A stretch of DNA of 61,791 bases from positions 1-61,791 of the IMG/VR virus record IMGVR_UViG_3300011335_000652; one strand, written 5' to 3'. This document shows, piece after piece, positions 38,401 through 47,445 of the stretch. Within the stretch, counting starts at the first letter, position 1. Each line of letters starts with the position of its first letter. The position numbers and the translations under genes are program-made. The notes beneath the pieces were generated by a model. It did no database searches. It was given only the letters and a program-made list of their open reading frames with translations, and was not told where the DNA came from. The stretch comes from a virus (lineage: Duplodnaviria > Caudoviricetes).

Positions 38401-40716
38401 GGGTTTGACCTTGACGTTATAGACTTCACCATTTTCAATCTGAGCGGCGTAACTTTCCGCGTAGGCCGCATCGCTCTCAGGCGCGGTGTAGAACCCGCCA
38501 TAAACGCGGTTCTTTTTCCCTTGCTTCGTAGCGCCGGGTTCCCGCACGATCTCAACGCTATCTAGGGTAAGACCGGAACGCCCCCCATGGAGGAGCGTCA
38601 TACCGTCAGCGCCGACCTCCGTTATGCCCGGAGTAGCTGCTGGTTCAACAACAGGAGCCGGCACAACCACGTTATTCACCCGTGCAGCGATCGCAGCAAA
38701 ATCCGGGGCCGGCGGCATACCCACTTCGTCCATATAGACTAGCTTGTCTGCGTCCGACAAAACTTTGAACTCTTCATGGCTAATGGGCCCAGTGAACCGA
38801 GGCGCAGCAGGTGTTTCTACCGGCGTTTCTACTGCGGTTGCAGCTTTACGGGCATTATACCCTTTTTGCCAGTCCGCAAACTCTGCTTTTCCTTCTTCAG
38901 CTATTTGCGACGGGATTCCCAGCGATGCACGGACGGACACAACAAACGCTTGGCGATCAGTTTGGTCTATGTTGTTTAGATCACCATCGGCTTCAAGGTG
39001 AATACGAACTTGCGCAGCGGTTAGCCCTTCAGCGAATAGGTCTTCAATCTTCCCAGTAATCCCTTGGCGATCTGCCCGTTCCCGAGCAAGGGCAACATTT
39101 TCTTTCATCCAGTCCGGACCCGCTACATCTATTTTTGGTAGCGCGGCAGGCGTTTCTGTTGGCGCAGCGGGGGTTTCTACCGGCGTAGCCGCAGGCGTCT
39201 CTACTGCCGAAGGCAGGTCCACGGCAGGCGCGACTTTGGCCGCAGCCTTCTCTGCTCGGGTGGCGTCGATGTAAGCCCGAACGCGCCCGGGCACCGAGGC
39301 GTCTACCATGTCCGGTTTTTTCTCGTAATACTTGAGCAAGCTCTCCAACATATTGAGAGTTTTGTCGCTCGTTGGCGACTCGTTGCTTGCAACCAACTTA
39401 GCGTAGATGCCCGCCTTTTTTGGTATCCCGAGGCTGTCTAGTGTCGCAGTGATCGCTTGCTCGGGCGTTGCTGTACCCGCCTCAGTGCGCAGCGCGTCGA
39501 GTTCTTCTTGCGATAGGGTATCCGACTCCGTGGACGTATCGGGCGGGGTAGCCGAGTTCGACGCGTTGTATTCCGCTACCGCATCGCCCACCTGCGCGGG
39601 AGTAAGATCCCCCGGCGCCGAAAGAGTTGACCCGTCATTTAGCGTGATCTTTGTCGTAGTCTGTCCATTTACTGTGCTTTTTGTCGTGGCGACGACGGTC
39701 GCTGGTGCGCTTGTCGCCGGAGGAGTAGCCGCAGGCGGAGTAGCAGGGGGAGGAGTCTCGGCTTCAGGACGCTTACCAAACGCACCGCGACCCGCACTAC
39801 CGATAACGCCGCCAAGAACACCGCCACCGATAAGGGCGCCCACAAGACGTTCTTGCGCTTCAGGGGAGTCTAGGTCTCCGCCACCCTGCCAGATGGTAGC
39901 TAGTTCCTGTAGTGCTTCGGTTGCGCCTTCCGTAAGAGTGCCCTCCACCGCGCCGGTCAATAGACGCGTAGAAAGCTTTTGGCCGGTTTCACCCTCAAGG
40001 GCAGCAAGAGCTGCCTTACCAACGCCGAGCCGACCAAGAACTTTAAAGGACATGGCGTCCAGTGCAGACTGGAACGCACCGGTAGCCAGCGCTTTGGTTA
40101 AATTGACGTTGCCTTCGCCGGAGACGCGTTCCTGTTCTTGAAGGTTTTCACCCGCGAAAAACGGAAGAGATGCTGCCGCGAACCCAAGCGTACCGGCGGT
40201 ACCAGCACCAATACCAACGGCAGGAGCCGCCGCGGCAGCTAAGGCAGCAAGACCAGCGCCAGCAACACCGGCCCCCATAACGGGGGCAGAACTACCTGCC
40301 AGCTCACCAAGATAAGTAAGCCCCGTACCTAAACCTTTTACGTCGCGGTATGAGAGAGGTGCAGGTTGTTCGAGCGCCAACCGAGCGGCCTGCTTTTCAG
40401 CGGCCTGCTCTACGCTAGTTCCATAATCTTCAAGCCCGGCAAACCCGAGTCGATTACCCGTCGTCTGCAAAAGCTCGCCAATACCGCCTTTGGCATTCTG
40501 AAAACCAGTAGCAAACCCACGACCAATCGCGGTGCCATCATCTTGCGGCGCTAGTTCTCTCCCAAAGTTTTGCTTGTATTGGGCCGCGAGGCCTGCCTCT
40601 TGGTCCATAACGTACTGCTGTATACGCGCAGTTTCGGTCGCACTTGGCACTTCGCCGGCGATCTTAACGGAGTAGGTCTTCCCGCTCAACTTGCCGGTAA
40701 CGTCGAAAATGCCCAT
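32410..40716 (-). CDS. Giant (2768 aa) virion/ejection polyvalent-type protein
   Basis: Gly/Ala hydrophobic N-terminus, ART-like segment (LLHGG...GGFYTA), HEVWH zincin motif, helical C-terminus; last gene of the late operon. Confidence 0.75.
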   Translation of the reverse strand: MGIFDVTGKLSGKTYSVKIAGEVPSATETARIQQYVMDQEAGLAAQYKQNFGRELAPQDDGTAIGRGFATGFQNAKGGIGELLQTTGNRLGFAGLEDYGTSVEQAAEKQAARLALEQPAPLSYRDVKGLGTGLTYLGELAGSSAPVMGAGVAGAGLAALAAAAAPAVGIGAGTAGTLGFAAASLPFFAGENLQEQERVSGEGNVNLTKALATGAFQSALDAMSFKVLGRLGVGKAALAALEGETGQKLSTRLLTGAVEGTLTEGATEALQELATIWQGGGDLDSPEAQERLVGALIGGGVLGGVIGSAGRGAFGKRPEAETPPPATPPAATPPATSAPATVVATTKSTVNGQTTTKITLNDGSTLSAPGDLTPAQVGDAVAEYNASNSATPPDTSTESDTLSQEELDALRTEAGTATPEQAITATLDSLGIPKKAGIYAKLVASNESPTSDKTLNMLESLLKYYEKKPDMVDASVPGRVRAYIDATRAEKAAAKVAPAVDLPSAVETPAATPVETPAAPTETPAALPKIDVAGPDWMKENVALARERADRQGITGKIEDLFAEGLTAAQVRIHLEADGDLNNIDQTDRQAFVVSVRASLGIPSQIAEEGKAEFADWQKGYNARKAATAVETPVETPAAPRFTGPISHEEFKVLSDADKLVYMDEVGMPPAPDFAAIAARVNNVVVPAPVVEPAATPGITEVGADGMTLLHGGRSGLTLDSVEIVREPGATKQGKKNRVYGGFYTAPESDAAYAESYAAQIENGEVYNVKVKPGTKILNKNGDITRLSPAQIDAYKANGVGVVFGTDPRGKTEYAVIDKNAIESLAPRTPAAPAVETSVAKEVATAEKGAAPTRKRPFAPRQQKYPFSNAVGGIRRGSDLYNEVSEALALNGKKIPEGMLARRGKGLGGADDLVGNINTTAPAFSADWDIPLDEQGGLDAETVRNKLIEEAWGKPQYSATQQARTSELADKYTSAQEIERRAKAAAAAAPVETPVQAGMPPYSIDIRSEDERAQDANSYIADYEAETNSTLPPDTRARVLDTLVYEGGTVADALGAAPAAPAAPAAPAAPAAAAAAAAAAAAAPTPFTPFGDETDMPSTMSEAEFEDWFAGEMEKAPAEPAVEPVAKKPGAARKKPNKATKVARAIVRKVQRAIYARADIMVEDAVAAEKAAADEAIATLWDERVAPLDRVASNIVRGIILEIGDVVDPTTLGDRKVVLELLSYKDRIDPRTKATNLLMNDRQNAKFAKTYFEKFPTLVEGLLTIARDIAEPDTATLFNNKNQAPGSESANWMFEGAELPAWTEASMFLDQGTGYEAASKAAQWVTNNLSADAIQLMQVEADRLRKVEKKARQRVINATNLAERQAKAEERRLQKAGLIKDDGTRVTIEDFANAAEREAAPKALAEYELGSGRTVSLPARPAAVTATPIQTIEAARRLPPRKGETGFDYTIRVLRPELTAEQRKNLTFYEMLKIMREAELSRALLGGKLFSRASIRQAYEMNLPLDKNTIASLRNGQLKLALRYIAFTATDPRIAAMANLLAANSSTTQVAVLDATDARISDEAQGDLGAVRGLYYPDEDTVVLNADTGLTVSTLLHEVWHAVTLAELSKPDSLLRAELQQVFDAVVNDIAQYMPGELNLEEFVSELKTNPDLRAAVAQMSTDRLALPQQAKGFSVLEWIKELYNKFVKRLQRSTKRPTLLDRSDALIDMMVTPERNSAPDVLYSRSGAGVSSIMDRMRAGVNAAARDSQNTRTRLADDTLSMLDKATAFGREQILGILPTLQIGDMAKNLGLAKPYEMMQTIQKMDGHYSRATARVNAMRDRLGVYRKKNPAMASKLDALAMSMTAEGVDVTRDRDNYDKFWLTYETLDAKGNVTGRRRIKFTSALDRDKTVALLNTTPNKNRSQARASHNPDPAQNTVYDTLKAQFYDPAQLDEEGRDLFIALRDFYAKENARLWEVLNGNISEFNIDPTIASKIKQSAYVTIFGPGSVDPYFPLSREGDYWLEFAAFNPVTQSTEATKMTFESSNARERFLTWLKGQPGVRKNAAGDPIVSKYMATEFATQGFRAAQDPMAAASVLKIINEYNAKNAKNSKKVIPPDVVEQIATAIVEMAPEGSLAKQFYRRKNTAGYAEDLDLGLSQKGYSIASASARYTFSKAIRKLQEEYQKSAADPAITSSEKGLQKVAVLGELSRLGATVLKSQNTALERAARLANKFTYAYTLLGSPAAAIVNLSGMASIIGPHLGGRYGYGAATSAMARASKDFMGSGTKRTSSLPIAVGAQTTTTDTAMPTLDNYYIVDPDGNYVVNNTLGLSTEKVARATELQPLAQLLSDRGMSNHSALYESAGLADVGRTTSTVERGLAFFGAPFHMVERMNRQVTAIATYDLELARMEKAPTPAEQAMTLAEKQTKAAETAVYNTQLLNGSAGMNTTSRLAQRGLGRVAFMYKTYGINVTTLLVKTVRQIAINAHPGTDAVARAKRNEAIRQLTGHIGVTLLMAGAHGLPLFGMYAMIANMFRDDDEITAEEATRLWMGELMYKGVINNITGFEVSDRVGLSYLLYRANRFNADPSAEETLVQNVLGAPWATFSRVKRGVTDIMSGEYQRGIESVVPVAISNVLQAARFTMEGGVRTRQDNFMLEDPSILGLAGKLVGFNMAELTRRQERATEMSRVSKAVQEKRTKILERLYLAQRTGDTAGYADAMRDKDKFNQTSGARYPEAVITPDTIKKSFVRREQNVEEMVNGVSVNPQVRDDLIALYNAQIDGITRN
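37472..37552. repeat. 9-nt tandem repeats encoding an Ala/Pro linker
   Basis: (GCGGCGGCA)4(GCGGGAGCA)4GCGGGGGCA. Confidence 0.9.
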
Positions 40717-40778
40717 GTGTACGCTCCTTGGTATGCGTAGCAGTATACGTAAACACGCGACTCCGTGCTAGTCTTGTT

Positions 40779-41984
40779 TTACTCTAGCGGATCTGAGAGA
40801 TCGGGGATTTCCGCCGCTACATCAGCTCCACCGAGATAGGGCACCCCGTTAAGAAGGTAAACAGAACCGATAGCGTCGTTAACCTGCTTCAGTTGGTTTG
40901 CCAACTGGACACGTTGTTCTGCCGCTGGATCAGAGTTTGTGTAGAAGTAGCCCTCTTCGGGGATTGGAGGAAGCGACGCCAATTGGGCAGCGATACCCTC
41001 TTTGTCTTTCATCAGCGCAGTAAGGAACGAAGCCGAAGGTGGTTTCCCACCGCCGCCCGAGGCTTTTGCTTGCGCCGCAGCTTTAGCCATCTTGTACTGT
41101 TCAATATCGCCCAAAATCTTCATGCGGTCAGCATCGTATTGGTCGCGGCTTTGCTGGAAGGCTGCAACGCCCTTAAGACCGCCTTCACCGGCGGCACCGA
41201 GAAGGGTCGGGTTCTGCGAGTTCATCATGCCAAGACCGACCTGAGCCAGTGCCAGCCACTTATCTTGATTCTTAGCCTTCTCACGGTTTGCAAGGGTATC
41301 CATGAGCGCTTGCTCATAAGAAGATGCAGCGCCTTTACCACCGCCAGCAACTGAGGCAATACCTTGGGGCGCAGCGGGCGCAGCGGGCGCAGCGGGCGCA
41401 GCGGGCGGAGGTTCGGGGAGAACCGGTTGAGCGGATTGCGCAGCAAGGGCGTTAGACGCCGCAACTTTTGCCTGCGTATCAAGTACTTGTTGTTTTGCCT
41501 CGTCGGACAGAAACATGTCGTTAAAATAGCTTCCCGTCGTAGGAACTACCGGCGTAATGGAGTTTGGATCAAAGGTAGTATCCACACCGTAGAAACCCCC
41601 TAGCGGGTCAACGTAACCATCTACAGTCATGCCATCCGCCATCTTAACAACGCCGCCATCGGCCATCATCTGAGTGGGTTCGGCCTGTGGTGCAACGGAC
41701 ATGATGCCCGTGTTCTGAGCCATGTCGGTTTGGGGAGCCAGTGCCTGAGCCATATCGGTAATACCCGCCTGCGGGACACCTGCAGCGGTTACTACGTCTT
41801 GTGCCACGGTAGTCTGGTTCATGCCTTGCTGGCGCTGCGCATCATCGCGCATACGCTTACGACGCTCGATCTCACTAAGGACCAAGAATTGCGGAACCTC
41901 CCCCGTGGGGGACTGCATCTGGCTTACAAGCTGCTGCTCCGAGAAGTTCTTCAGCTTGTCCTGCGTGTCGAGCATATTCATCAT
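40779..41984 (-). CDS. Probable internal virion/ejection protein
   Basis: 401 aa, Q/A/P-rich, in the ejection-gene position; contains (GGCGCAGCG)4 at 41368-41403. Confidence 0.6.
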   Translation of the reverse strand: MMNMLDTQDKLKNFSEQQLVSQMQSPTGEVPQFLVLSEIERRKRMRDDAQRQQGMNQTTVAQDVVTAAGVPQAGITDMAQALAPQTDMAQNTGIMSVAPQAEPTQMMADGGVVKMADGMTVDGYVDPLGGFYGVDTTFDPNSITPVVPTTGSYFNDMFLSDEAKQQVLDTQAKVAASNALAAQSAQPVLPEPPPAAPAAPAAPAAPQGIASVAGGGKGAASSYEQALMDTLANREKAKNQDKWLALAQVGLGMMNSQNPTLLGAAGEGGLKGVAAFQQSRDQYDADRMKILGDIEQYKMAKAAAQAKASGGGGKPPSASFLTALMKDKEGIAAQLASLPPIPEEGYFYTNSDPAAEQRVQLANQLKQVNDAIGSVYLLNGVPYLGGADVAAEIPDLSDPLE

Positions 41985-41995
41985 GGCAGGGCCCC

Positions 41996-43018
41996 TTACT
42001 TGTAGGCGTTGTAGAGAGACAGTCCGGACAGGCCAGCCCCGACGAGTTGCGACGCTGCGCTAGGCCCCGGTGCGGTAGTTGTCGTAGACGTATTTTGTGG
42101 CGCAGGTTGACCGCTCAACTGGCTTGTTAGCCAATTAATCTGATCGCGAGTGAACCCCTGTTTCTCTAGGTAGTTCTGGTAGTTGAGGTCCATAACGCGC
42201 TGAGCGTCTGCAGTGTTTGCGGCGCCAACCTTGTCGAGCAGCTGAGTATTTTGAATATCCGTCTGCCGCTTCAGCTCGCCTTGCTTGGTAAGGTCGCCGG
42301 CCAAGCCTTGGCCCATCTCGATGGCCGCAAGCCCCTGCCCTGCTCCAAACTGGCGTGAAGCTTCGGTACCGGTCTGCACTCGGGCCAGTTCAGCGGCACG
42401 GGCTTTCTCAACATCCGTCATGGCGTTACGGTCAGTATTAAACTGGCCCATCGCCGCCTCAAACGCTTTTTGCCGGCCAGTAGCGTCGATATCGCTAAGG
42501 TTTCGCAGCAGGGACTCTTGGTCCATGCCCTCTTGCACGAAGCGACGCGAGCCGCCAAAGGCGCCCGAGTTGATAGCCTTCGCATCCCGTGTCCCAGTGG
42601 CGCGGTCATAATCTAGGATCGCATTGTTTTTCTGCGATTTAAGAACAGCATCCATATAGGGCGACATGTAATCTGTGACGTTAGACCCGGTGAACTTGGT
42701 TGGGTCCGAATAGTTTGCGGCAGTGAAGTTACCGGTCTCGTAATCTCCCAAGTTGCCGAGAGCGGCGAGCCCGGTGCGAGTGTAGTCTTGTGCCTCATTC
42801 AGCCCTTCGACACCCGTGCCTGCGATCCCAACAAGTTGGTTCCGGGCGGCAGTCGTGTTCGGGTCATTTGCCGCGATGCGCTCGCCCCGATAGGGCTCAT
42901 AGCCTTTGTTCGACTCCGCCTCTGCTCGCGCCAGATTGCGCTCGACGTATGACTTCATATACTCGGGGATATCCGCCGTTGTATTTTGCTGGGTCTTTTG
43001 AGAACCGCCCTTGCACAT
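41996..43018 (-). CDS. Probable DNA-ejection (pilot) protein
   Basis: MCKGG start, GAFGGSR motif, C-terminal GAGLSGL segment. Confidence 0.65.
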   Translation of the reverse strand: MCKGGSQKTQQNTTADIPEYMKSYVERNLARAEAESNKGYEPYRGERIAANDPNTTAARNQLVGIAGTGVEGLNEAQDYTRTGLAALGNLGDYETGNFTAANYSDPTKFTGSNVTDYMSPYMDAVLKSQKNNAILDYDRATGTRDAKAINSGAFGGSRRFVQEGMDQESLLRNLSDIDATGRQKAFEAAMGQFNTDRNAMTDVEKARAAELARVQTGTEASRQFGAGQGLAAIEMGQGLAGDLTKQGELKRQTDIQNTQLLDKVGAANTADAQRVMDLNYQNYLEKQGFTRDQINWLTSQLSGQPAPQNTSTTTTAPGPSAASQLVGAGLSGLSLYNAYK

Positions 43019-43035
43019 GGCTTAACTCCTATCAA

Positions 43036-44169
43036 TTACGCTGGCAGCACGGCTGCGGGGTCCATCGCTTTGGGTTGCTCGGACTTCCCAGTGCGCTCGG
43101 AGCGGACGCGCTCCATCAGTCTTTCAAGCTGCTTTGCACCGGCGTCGGATGAACCATTACCTAGTCCACTTACAACATCGGCGGGGACGATAAACTCGCC
43201 ATCACTTAATAGCACATCTTTCTGCCCGCTAACAGAGGCAGGGATGCGGTCGTTCATGCCGTCACCCGGGCCGGCGAGTTTACCCTCAGAGCGCGCAGCG
43301 GATTCTTCTAGGTCACCAGACTGTACACGCTCGATGAAGTCTTTCAGCGCGTCTTCGCCGTACTTTGCCACAAACATGCCAAGGGCCATTGCGGACTCTT
43401 GCTCGCCAAGATCACCACTGATAGCTGCAGCCGCGTTCGAAATAATAGACTTCTCGTTTGGCTGACCCTGAGCCTCTACCTCACCGCCTTCGGCATAGCC
43501 CCGAATACGTTCGTAGGTGGGGTTTGTAACATACATGCTCGACATCGGATCGCGAGGATCGTAGTCTGGATTCAACACAGGCATGGCCGAGCCCGCCGCT
43601 GCAAACTCGGTAGGCGTCTTGGGAGCCACCGATGCGATTGTATTACCTAGCGCTGTCTTACGGTTACGATCGCGGTCTCGTGACTCCGACGTTGTGTAAA
43701 CAGGACCAGCGGGTCCGGCAGGTCTGGACGCAGCGCCCGTAGCATCCTTCGGGGTTTGCTTTGCCGAGAAGAGTGCCTCCAACTGCTGCAGGCCTGTAGG
43801 CCGCTCGGGGACAGTGCCGCCGGCTTTAACGATCTCTTTGTCGGTGCGCCGATTATCTAGATTAGACCGAACAAGGCCCATAGCCGCGCCGGGAAGACCA
43901 CCAAACAATGCACCAAGGCCAGCGCTCATAAACGGGTTAGCTCGGCCACCAATACCAGTGGCGCCGGAGACTACTTTTGCAATGCCCGTTGGTTCGCGCT
44001 TAGACCCACTGGGGGTCGCACCGAAAGAGTTTGAGATGCTGCTGAGCCCGCCCTCAAAGGTAGACCCGCTCCTACCGGCGCCGCCGCCATTGAACATATC
44101 CCGAATAGACTCGCTGATAGAGACGCGACCGTCCTTATCTTCATCTGCGCCATAACCAAATATTGCCAT
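43036..44169 (-). CDS. Probable internal virion protein
   Basis: Gly-rich N-terminus; GPGDGMNDRIPA...LSDGEFIVPADVV. Confidence 0.6.
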   Translation of the reverse strand: MAIFGYGADEDKDGRVSISESIRDMFNGGGAGRSGSTFEGGLSSISNSFGATPSGSKREPTGIAKVVSGATGIGGRANPFMSAGLGALFGGLPGAAMGLVRSNLDNRRTDKEIVKAGGTVPERPTGLQQLEALFSAKQTPKDATGAASRPAGPAGPVYTTSESRDRDRNRKTALGNTIASVAPKTPTEFAAAGSAMPVLNPDYDPRDPMSSMYVTNPTYERIRGYAEGGEVEAQGQPNEKSIISNAAAAISGDLGEQESAMALGMFVAKYGEDALKDFIERVQSGDLEESAARSEGKLAGPGDGMNDRIPASVSGQKDVLLSDGEFIVPADVVSGLGNGSSDAGAKQLERLMERVRSERTGKSEQPKAMDPAAVLPA

Positions 44170-44194
44170 CGGGAATCCCCAGTCTCTGTTTGCG

Positions 44195-44665
44195 CTATAC
44201 TACAACACGTAGCTTATAATTTCCACCCACAAGATCATAGCCTAGTTTCTCTAGTAGTTCGCCGGTCTTTTCGGCCTGAACTCCTGTGGAGAGCCCCATA
44301 TGCACTTCGGAAGCGTTGTGCTCCTCGGCCCACTTTTGAAAATCACGTAGCAGAAGCATCCCCGCCCGTGACCCACGATACTCAGGCGTAACATACCACA
44401 GATAGTCACTCGCGATAAGGTCGCGCCCAAAGTAGTATTCAGAAATATACCCAAGGAGCATACCGACTACTTCGTTTGTTGGACCAACCGCGACGCGGAC
44501 AAAGTGGGTATCTGGGTTTGTGAGGCAGGTATGAAACAGCATCGCGCACTTGCGGATGTCCAGATCAAAATGCCGGAACGCGCTCTCCGCGTGCATCTGC
44601 TGCCCAAGGTCAAGAATCTCCGACAGGTCTGCAGGAGTTGCGGTGTAGGTACGAATCGAGGTCAT
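44195..44665 (-). CDS. GNAT acetyltransferase
   Basis: IRTYTATPADL...WYVTPEYRGSRAG...LGY acetyl-CoA motif. Confidence 0.8.
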   Translation of the reverse strand: MTSIRTYTATPADLSEILDLGQQMHAESAFRHFDLDIRKCAMLFHTCLTNPDTHFVRVAVGPTNEVVGMLLGYISEYYFGRDLIASDYLWYVTPEYRGSRAGMLLLRDFQKWAEEHNASEVHMGLSTGVQAEKTGELLEKLGYDLVGGNYKLRVVV

Positions 44666-44913
44666 ATGACAATCCTAAGTTCGCCTGTTGCAGTACGATA
44701 CACATCGCCGACAGCAAGATCTCCAGCAAGCGCCGCTGCGTTAGTTGCGTAGACGGGCAGGTTGGTAAGTGTAAGTGTGTCGGCCCGCACAGGGCCGGGG
44801 TTTGCCACCTGCTGCTGAAACTGCGTAAAGACACGCGTGAGCTCCGACATGTACCGTTTATTGTACAAGTCTGGCGGGCTTGGGAATGGGATAAAGGGAA
44901 CTTTTGAGGCCAT
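44662..44913 (-). CDS. Small structural-module protein
   Basis: 83 aa; coupled to its neighbours. Confidence 0.6.
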   Translation of the reverse strand: MASKVPFIPFPSPPDLYNKRYMSELTRVFTQFQQQVANPGPVRADTLTLTNLPVYATNAAALAGDLAVGDVYRTATGELRIVI

Positions 44914-47039
44914 CAGCGTTTACCATCCGTTTTGATATCAAGGCGCGGTGCACCGAGTCGCCATGCCGTGCCAACAAGAGAACTGCTGATTCGGAAGGCA
45001 AACGAGCGGCCACGTAGGCGCGTGTAGAGCTGGTCTGTAAATTGCTCAACGGGATATGAAGTAGACCGAACCACAGAGCTATCAACAACTTGGCTGTAAT
45101 CCGTCCCGGGAAAACGGCTGGTTTTTACCGTAAACAAGACCGATGGCGTTCCGGTGGAAGTGCGGAATGTAAGGTCTGGAATCATTCGCCAAATAAACGT
45201 GAACTGCTCACCGTCTCCGATGTCCTGTCCAGAGGATTCGATATAAGCCTCAATACCCACGGGTGGGTTTTGGCTACCGTCGTCGGTGCCATACTCATGG
45301 CTGTAGATATATTTATCTCCTCCGGCAGCGATAGGATACGGCCCAATGTTTTTATGTGTCCACGCTGTGCGGGCCAGTGTGCCAAAATACCAGAGTTCTT
45401 GCTGATAGTTGTACACAACGTACCGGTCGTTCACGTCACTGTCAGCACTCGGATAGAACCACCAGACCTCGCCAAATGCTGGGTTAGCCCCCGCTGCAAC
45501 CTTTTCCGACTGCGCCCGATTAAAGCTTGAAAATACGTAATCTTTGACCTTACACGGCATCTGCGTGACAGTACCATTATAAGAGTAGAACTCGCCCTCA
45601 CCCATCCAATAGACCGCATCACCGACAGACATAGCCGCATTGGGGCTCACGATCGAGGTGTTATCGGACAGCATTGTTATACCGAATGTATACGGAGCCC
45701 CAATATATTTTAATGAGTGCACAGCGGTATTGGTGAAGACCACAATCTCCTGCTTTGTCTCAATCGCTGTAACGATAGTAGACCCTGAGCCGATTCGGAT
45801 GGAACCCGCCGTACTGGTTGACAGTGTCTGCCACTGAGTCAGACTTTCGGACGCGCTAAACCGAATAAGCAGGGGGTCTTGCACACCGGGGGCGCCTTCG
45901 TCATCGCACCCAAACACAATCACGTGCCGATCGTTGTCGCTTACTATAACTTGTTTTGCGATGGTCGGCGTGGTAGCAGCCCCGGGCAGAGACGACAACG
46001 CTACGGCACGCGGAAAAGCAAGGTCGCGTTCCCAATAATAGATACCGCCGTCCCGCACGTTAAAGAGCAGGTTCTCACCGAAGTTGTCGTGGCCCCACAA
46101 ACGCAGCTGCGCGCTACTTGTCGTCGTTGTTGCAGGCTCACCCCACCCTCCGATACCCCACGGCCCAGCGCCCCAGCCGTTTCCGCTAACGGCGCTATCA
46201 AGACCCGTATTAATCTGGTAGGCGCCGAGGGTGGCGCCGCCGCTGTTTCCGGTATCCGAGGATGTGGCATAGACATAGGCAGGTGATAGCCCTGTTGAGG
46301 TGGTAACGCTTGCAACGGTAGATACTGTGCGCGCCTCTACTGTAAAGACTGAGGGGCTAATAACCGAGGTGACTTGATACTCTTGATTAAGCACTGCGGC
46401 AGTGATGTTGCCACCGAGGGTGGCAGCGCCAGAAAAGGTTACGAAGTCGTTTTGAACTACCCCATTGTTGGCGTCGGTGATGGTAAGAGTAGCACAATTG
46501 ACCGGCGCGCTGGTTAGGTGCACGGCAGGAGTTGTCCCGTTTAGGCCCCGTGTAACCCCTCTCAGGTAATCTCCGTCGATAGCGCTGATCGTCGCGCTCG
46601 TATAAGACATCTCTTCGGAGTCGATTTTGATCTTACCACCGCCCGCAGGGAACAGTGAGGCCGAGTTAATGCGAAACTCATTTGCGGTAGCCGTGATGTC
46701 TACAAATAAGCTGCTGTACGCAGCGGCAACTGTTACAGCGCCGGCAGGCGTTGTATCCCGGATTGGAGTAATATCGTTAAAAATCCCGTTGCCGTAGACA
46801 TAATATTTCTGCGAGGTGCCGAAACCAATGTACTCGTTGTTATCTAGACCGACCCATGGGTGAATAGCGCGGCACGTGCCGAGCAAGGCTGCAGGGCTAA
46901 ATTTTTGCCAGCCGCCGATTTTTTCAGGATAGCCTGCACGGAAACGAACCTTGTCGGCATCCCACCAACCGCCTTCGTTGGCATAACCCGTGGTCTCACG
47001 GTTTAGGCCGGGCGTGAATTGAAGCTTCATAAGTGGCAT
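44913..47039 (-). CDS. Tail tubular/head-stabilisation protein (P22 gp10/T7 gp12-like)
   Basis: 708 aa beta-rich; DADKVRFRAGYPEKIGGW, EVWWFYPS. Confidence 0.7.
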   Translation of the reverse strand: MPLMKLQFTPGLNRETTGYANEGGWWDADKVRFRAGYPEKIGGWQKFSPAALLGTCRAIHPWVGLDNNEYIGFGTSQKYYVYGNGIFNDITPIRDTTPAGAVTVAAAYSSLFVDITATANEFRINSASLFPAGGGKIKIDSEEMSYTSATISAIDGDYLRGVTRGLNGTTPAVHLTSAPVNCATLTITDANNGVVQNDFVTFSGAATLGGNITAAVLNQEYQVTSVISPSVFTVEARTVSTVASVTTSTGLSPAYVYATSSDTGNSGGATLGAYQINTGLDSAVSGNGWGAGPWGIGGWGEPATTTTSSAQLRLWGHDNFGENLLFNVRDGGIYYWERDLAFPRAVALSSLPGAATTPTIAKQVIVSDNDRHVIVFGCDDEGAPGVQDPLLIRFSASESLTQWQTLSTSTAGSIRIGSGSTIVTAIETKQEIVVFTNTAVHSLKYIGAPYTFGITMLSDNTSIVSPNAAMSVGDAVYWMGEGEFYSYNGTVTQMPCKVKDYVFSSFNRAQSEKVAAGANPAFGEVWWFYPSADSDVNDRYVVYNYQQELWYFGTLARTAWTHKNIGPYPIAAGGDKYIYSHEYGTDDGSQNPPVGIEAYIESSGQDIGDGEQFTFIWRMIPDLTFRTSTGTPSVLFTVKTSRFPGTDYSQVVDSSVVRSTSYPVEQFTDQLYTRLRGRSFAFRISSSLVGTAWRLGAPRLDIKTDGKR

Positions 47040-47084
47040 GGCGATCTCCTATCACAGGGACTATACCGCATTGTGTAGGGCATG

Positions 47085-47294
47085 TCACCGTGCCGTAACT
47101 TTGCACCCTGCGTCGAGCATATGGATCAACGTAGCACCAGTTACAATGGATAGAGTCCCACCATCCTCCGCGAGAGCAGCGGCGTGTTTGGTCCTTGCAG
47201 CGGCGGTTCCGTCGCAGATGGCGCTATTGTTTACCGCGCTCGCGCAGCCACTCACGAAGAACAGCAGGGTCATCACTGATATTGTCTTCAGCAT
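47085..47294 (-). CDS. o-spanin-like lipoprotein
   Basis: Lipobox VSGC after a hydrophobic stretch; overlaps the 3' end of the i-spanin-like gene. Confidence 0.6.
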   Translation of the reverse strand: MLKTISVMTLLFFVSGCASAVNNSAICDGTAAARTKHAAALAEDGGTLSIVTGATLIHMLDAGCKVTAR

Positions 47295-47445
47295 GGTCAA
47301 TCTCCTTCCGAGTCTTAGCATAGTCCTCTGCCTTCTGAATGGTGCTCTGTTGCTTTTGGTCCCTCTTGCCGGCCATCCACGCCGTGAAGATAATCGCGGC
47401 AGCGGCGGCTACCCAGATCGCGGTGCGCTTAATCCATCCAAACAT
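47224..47445 (-). CDS. i-spanin-like protein
   Basis: N-terminal TM followed by a helical periplasmic part, directly after the endolysin. Confidence 0.6.
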   Translation of the reverse strand: MFGWIKRTAIWVAAAAAIIFTAWMAGKRDQKQQSTIQKAEDYAKTRKEIDHAEDNISDDPAVLREWLRERGKQ

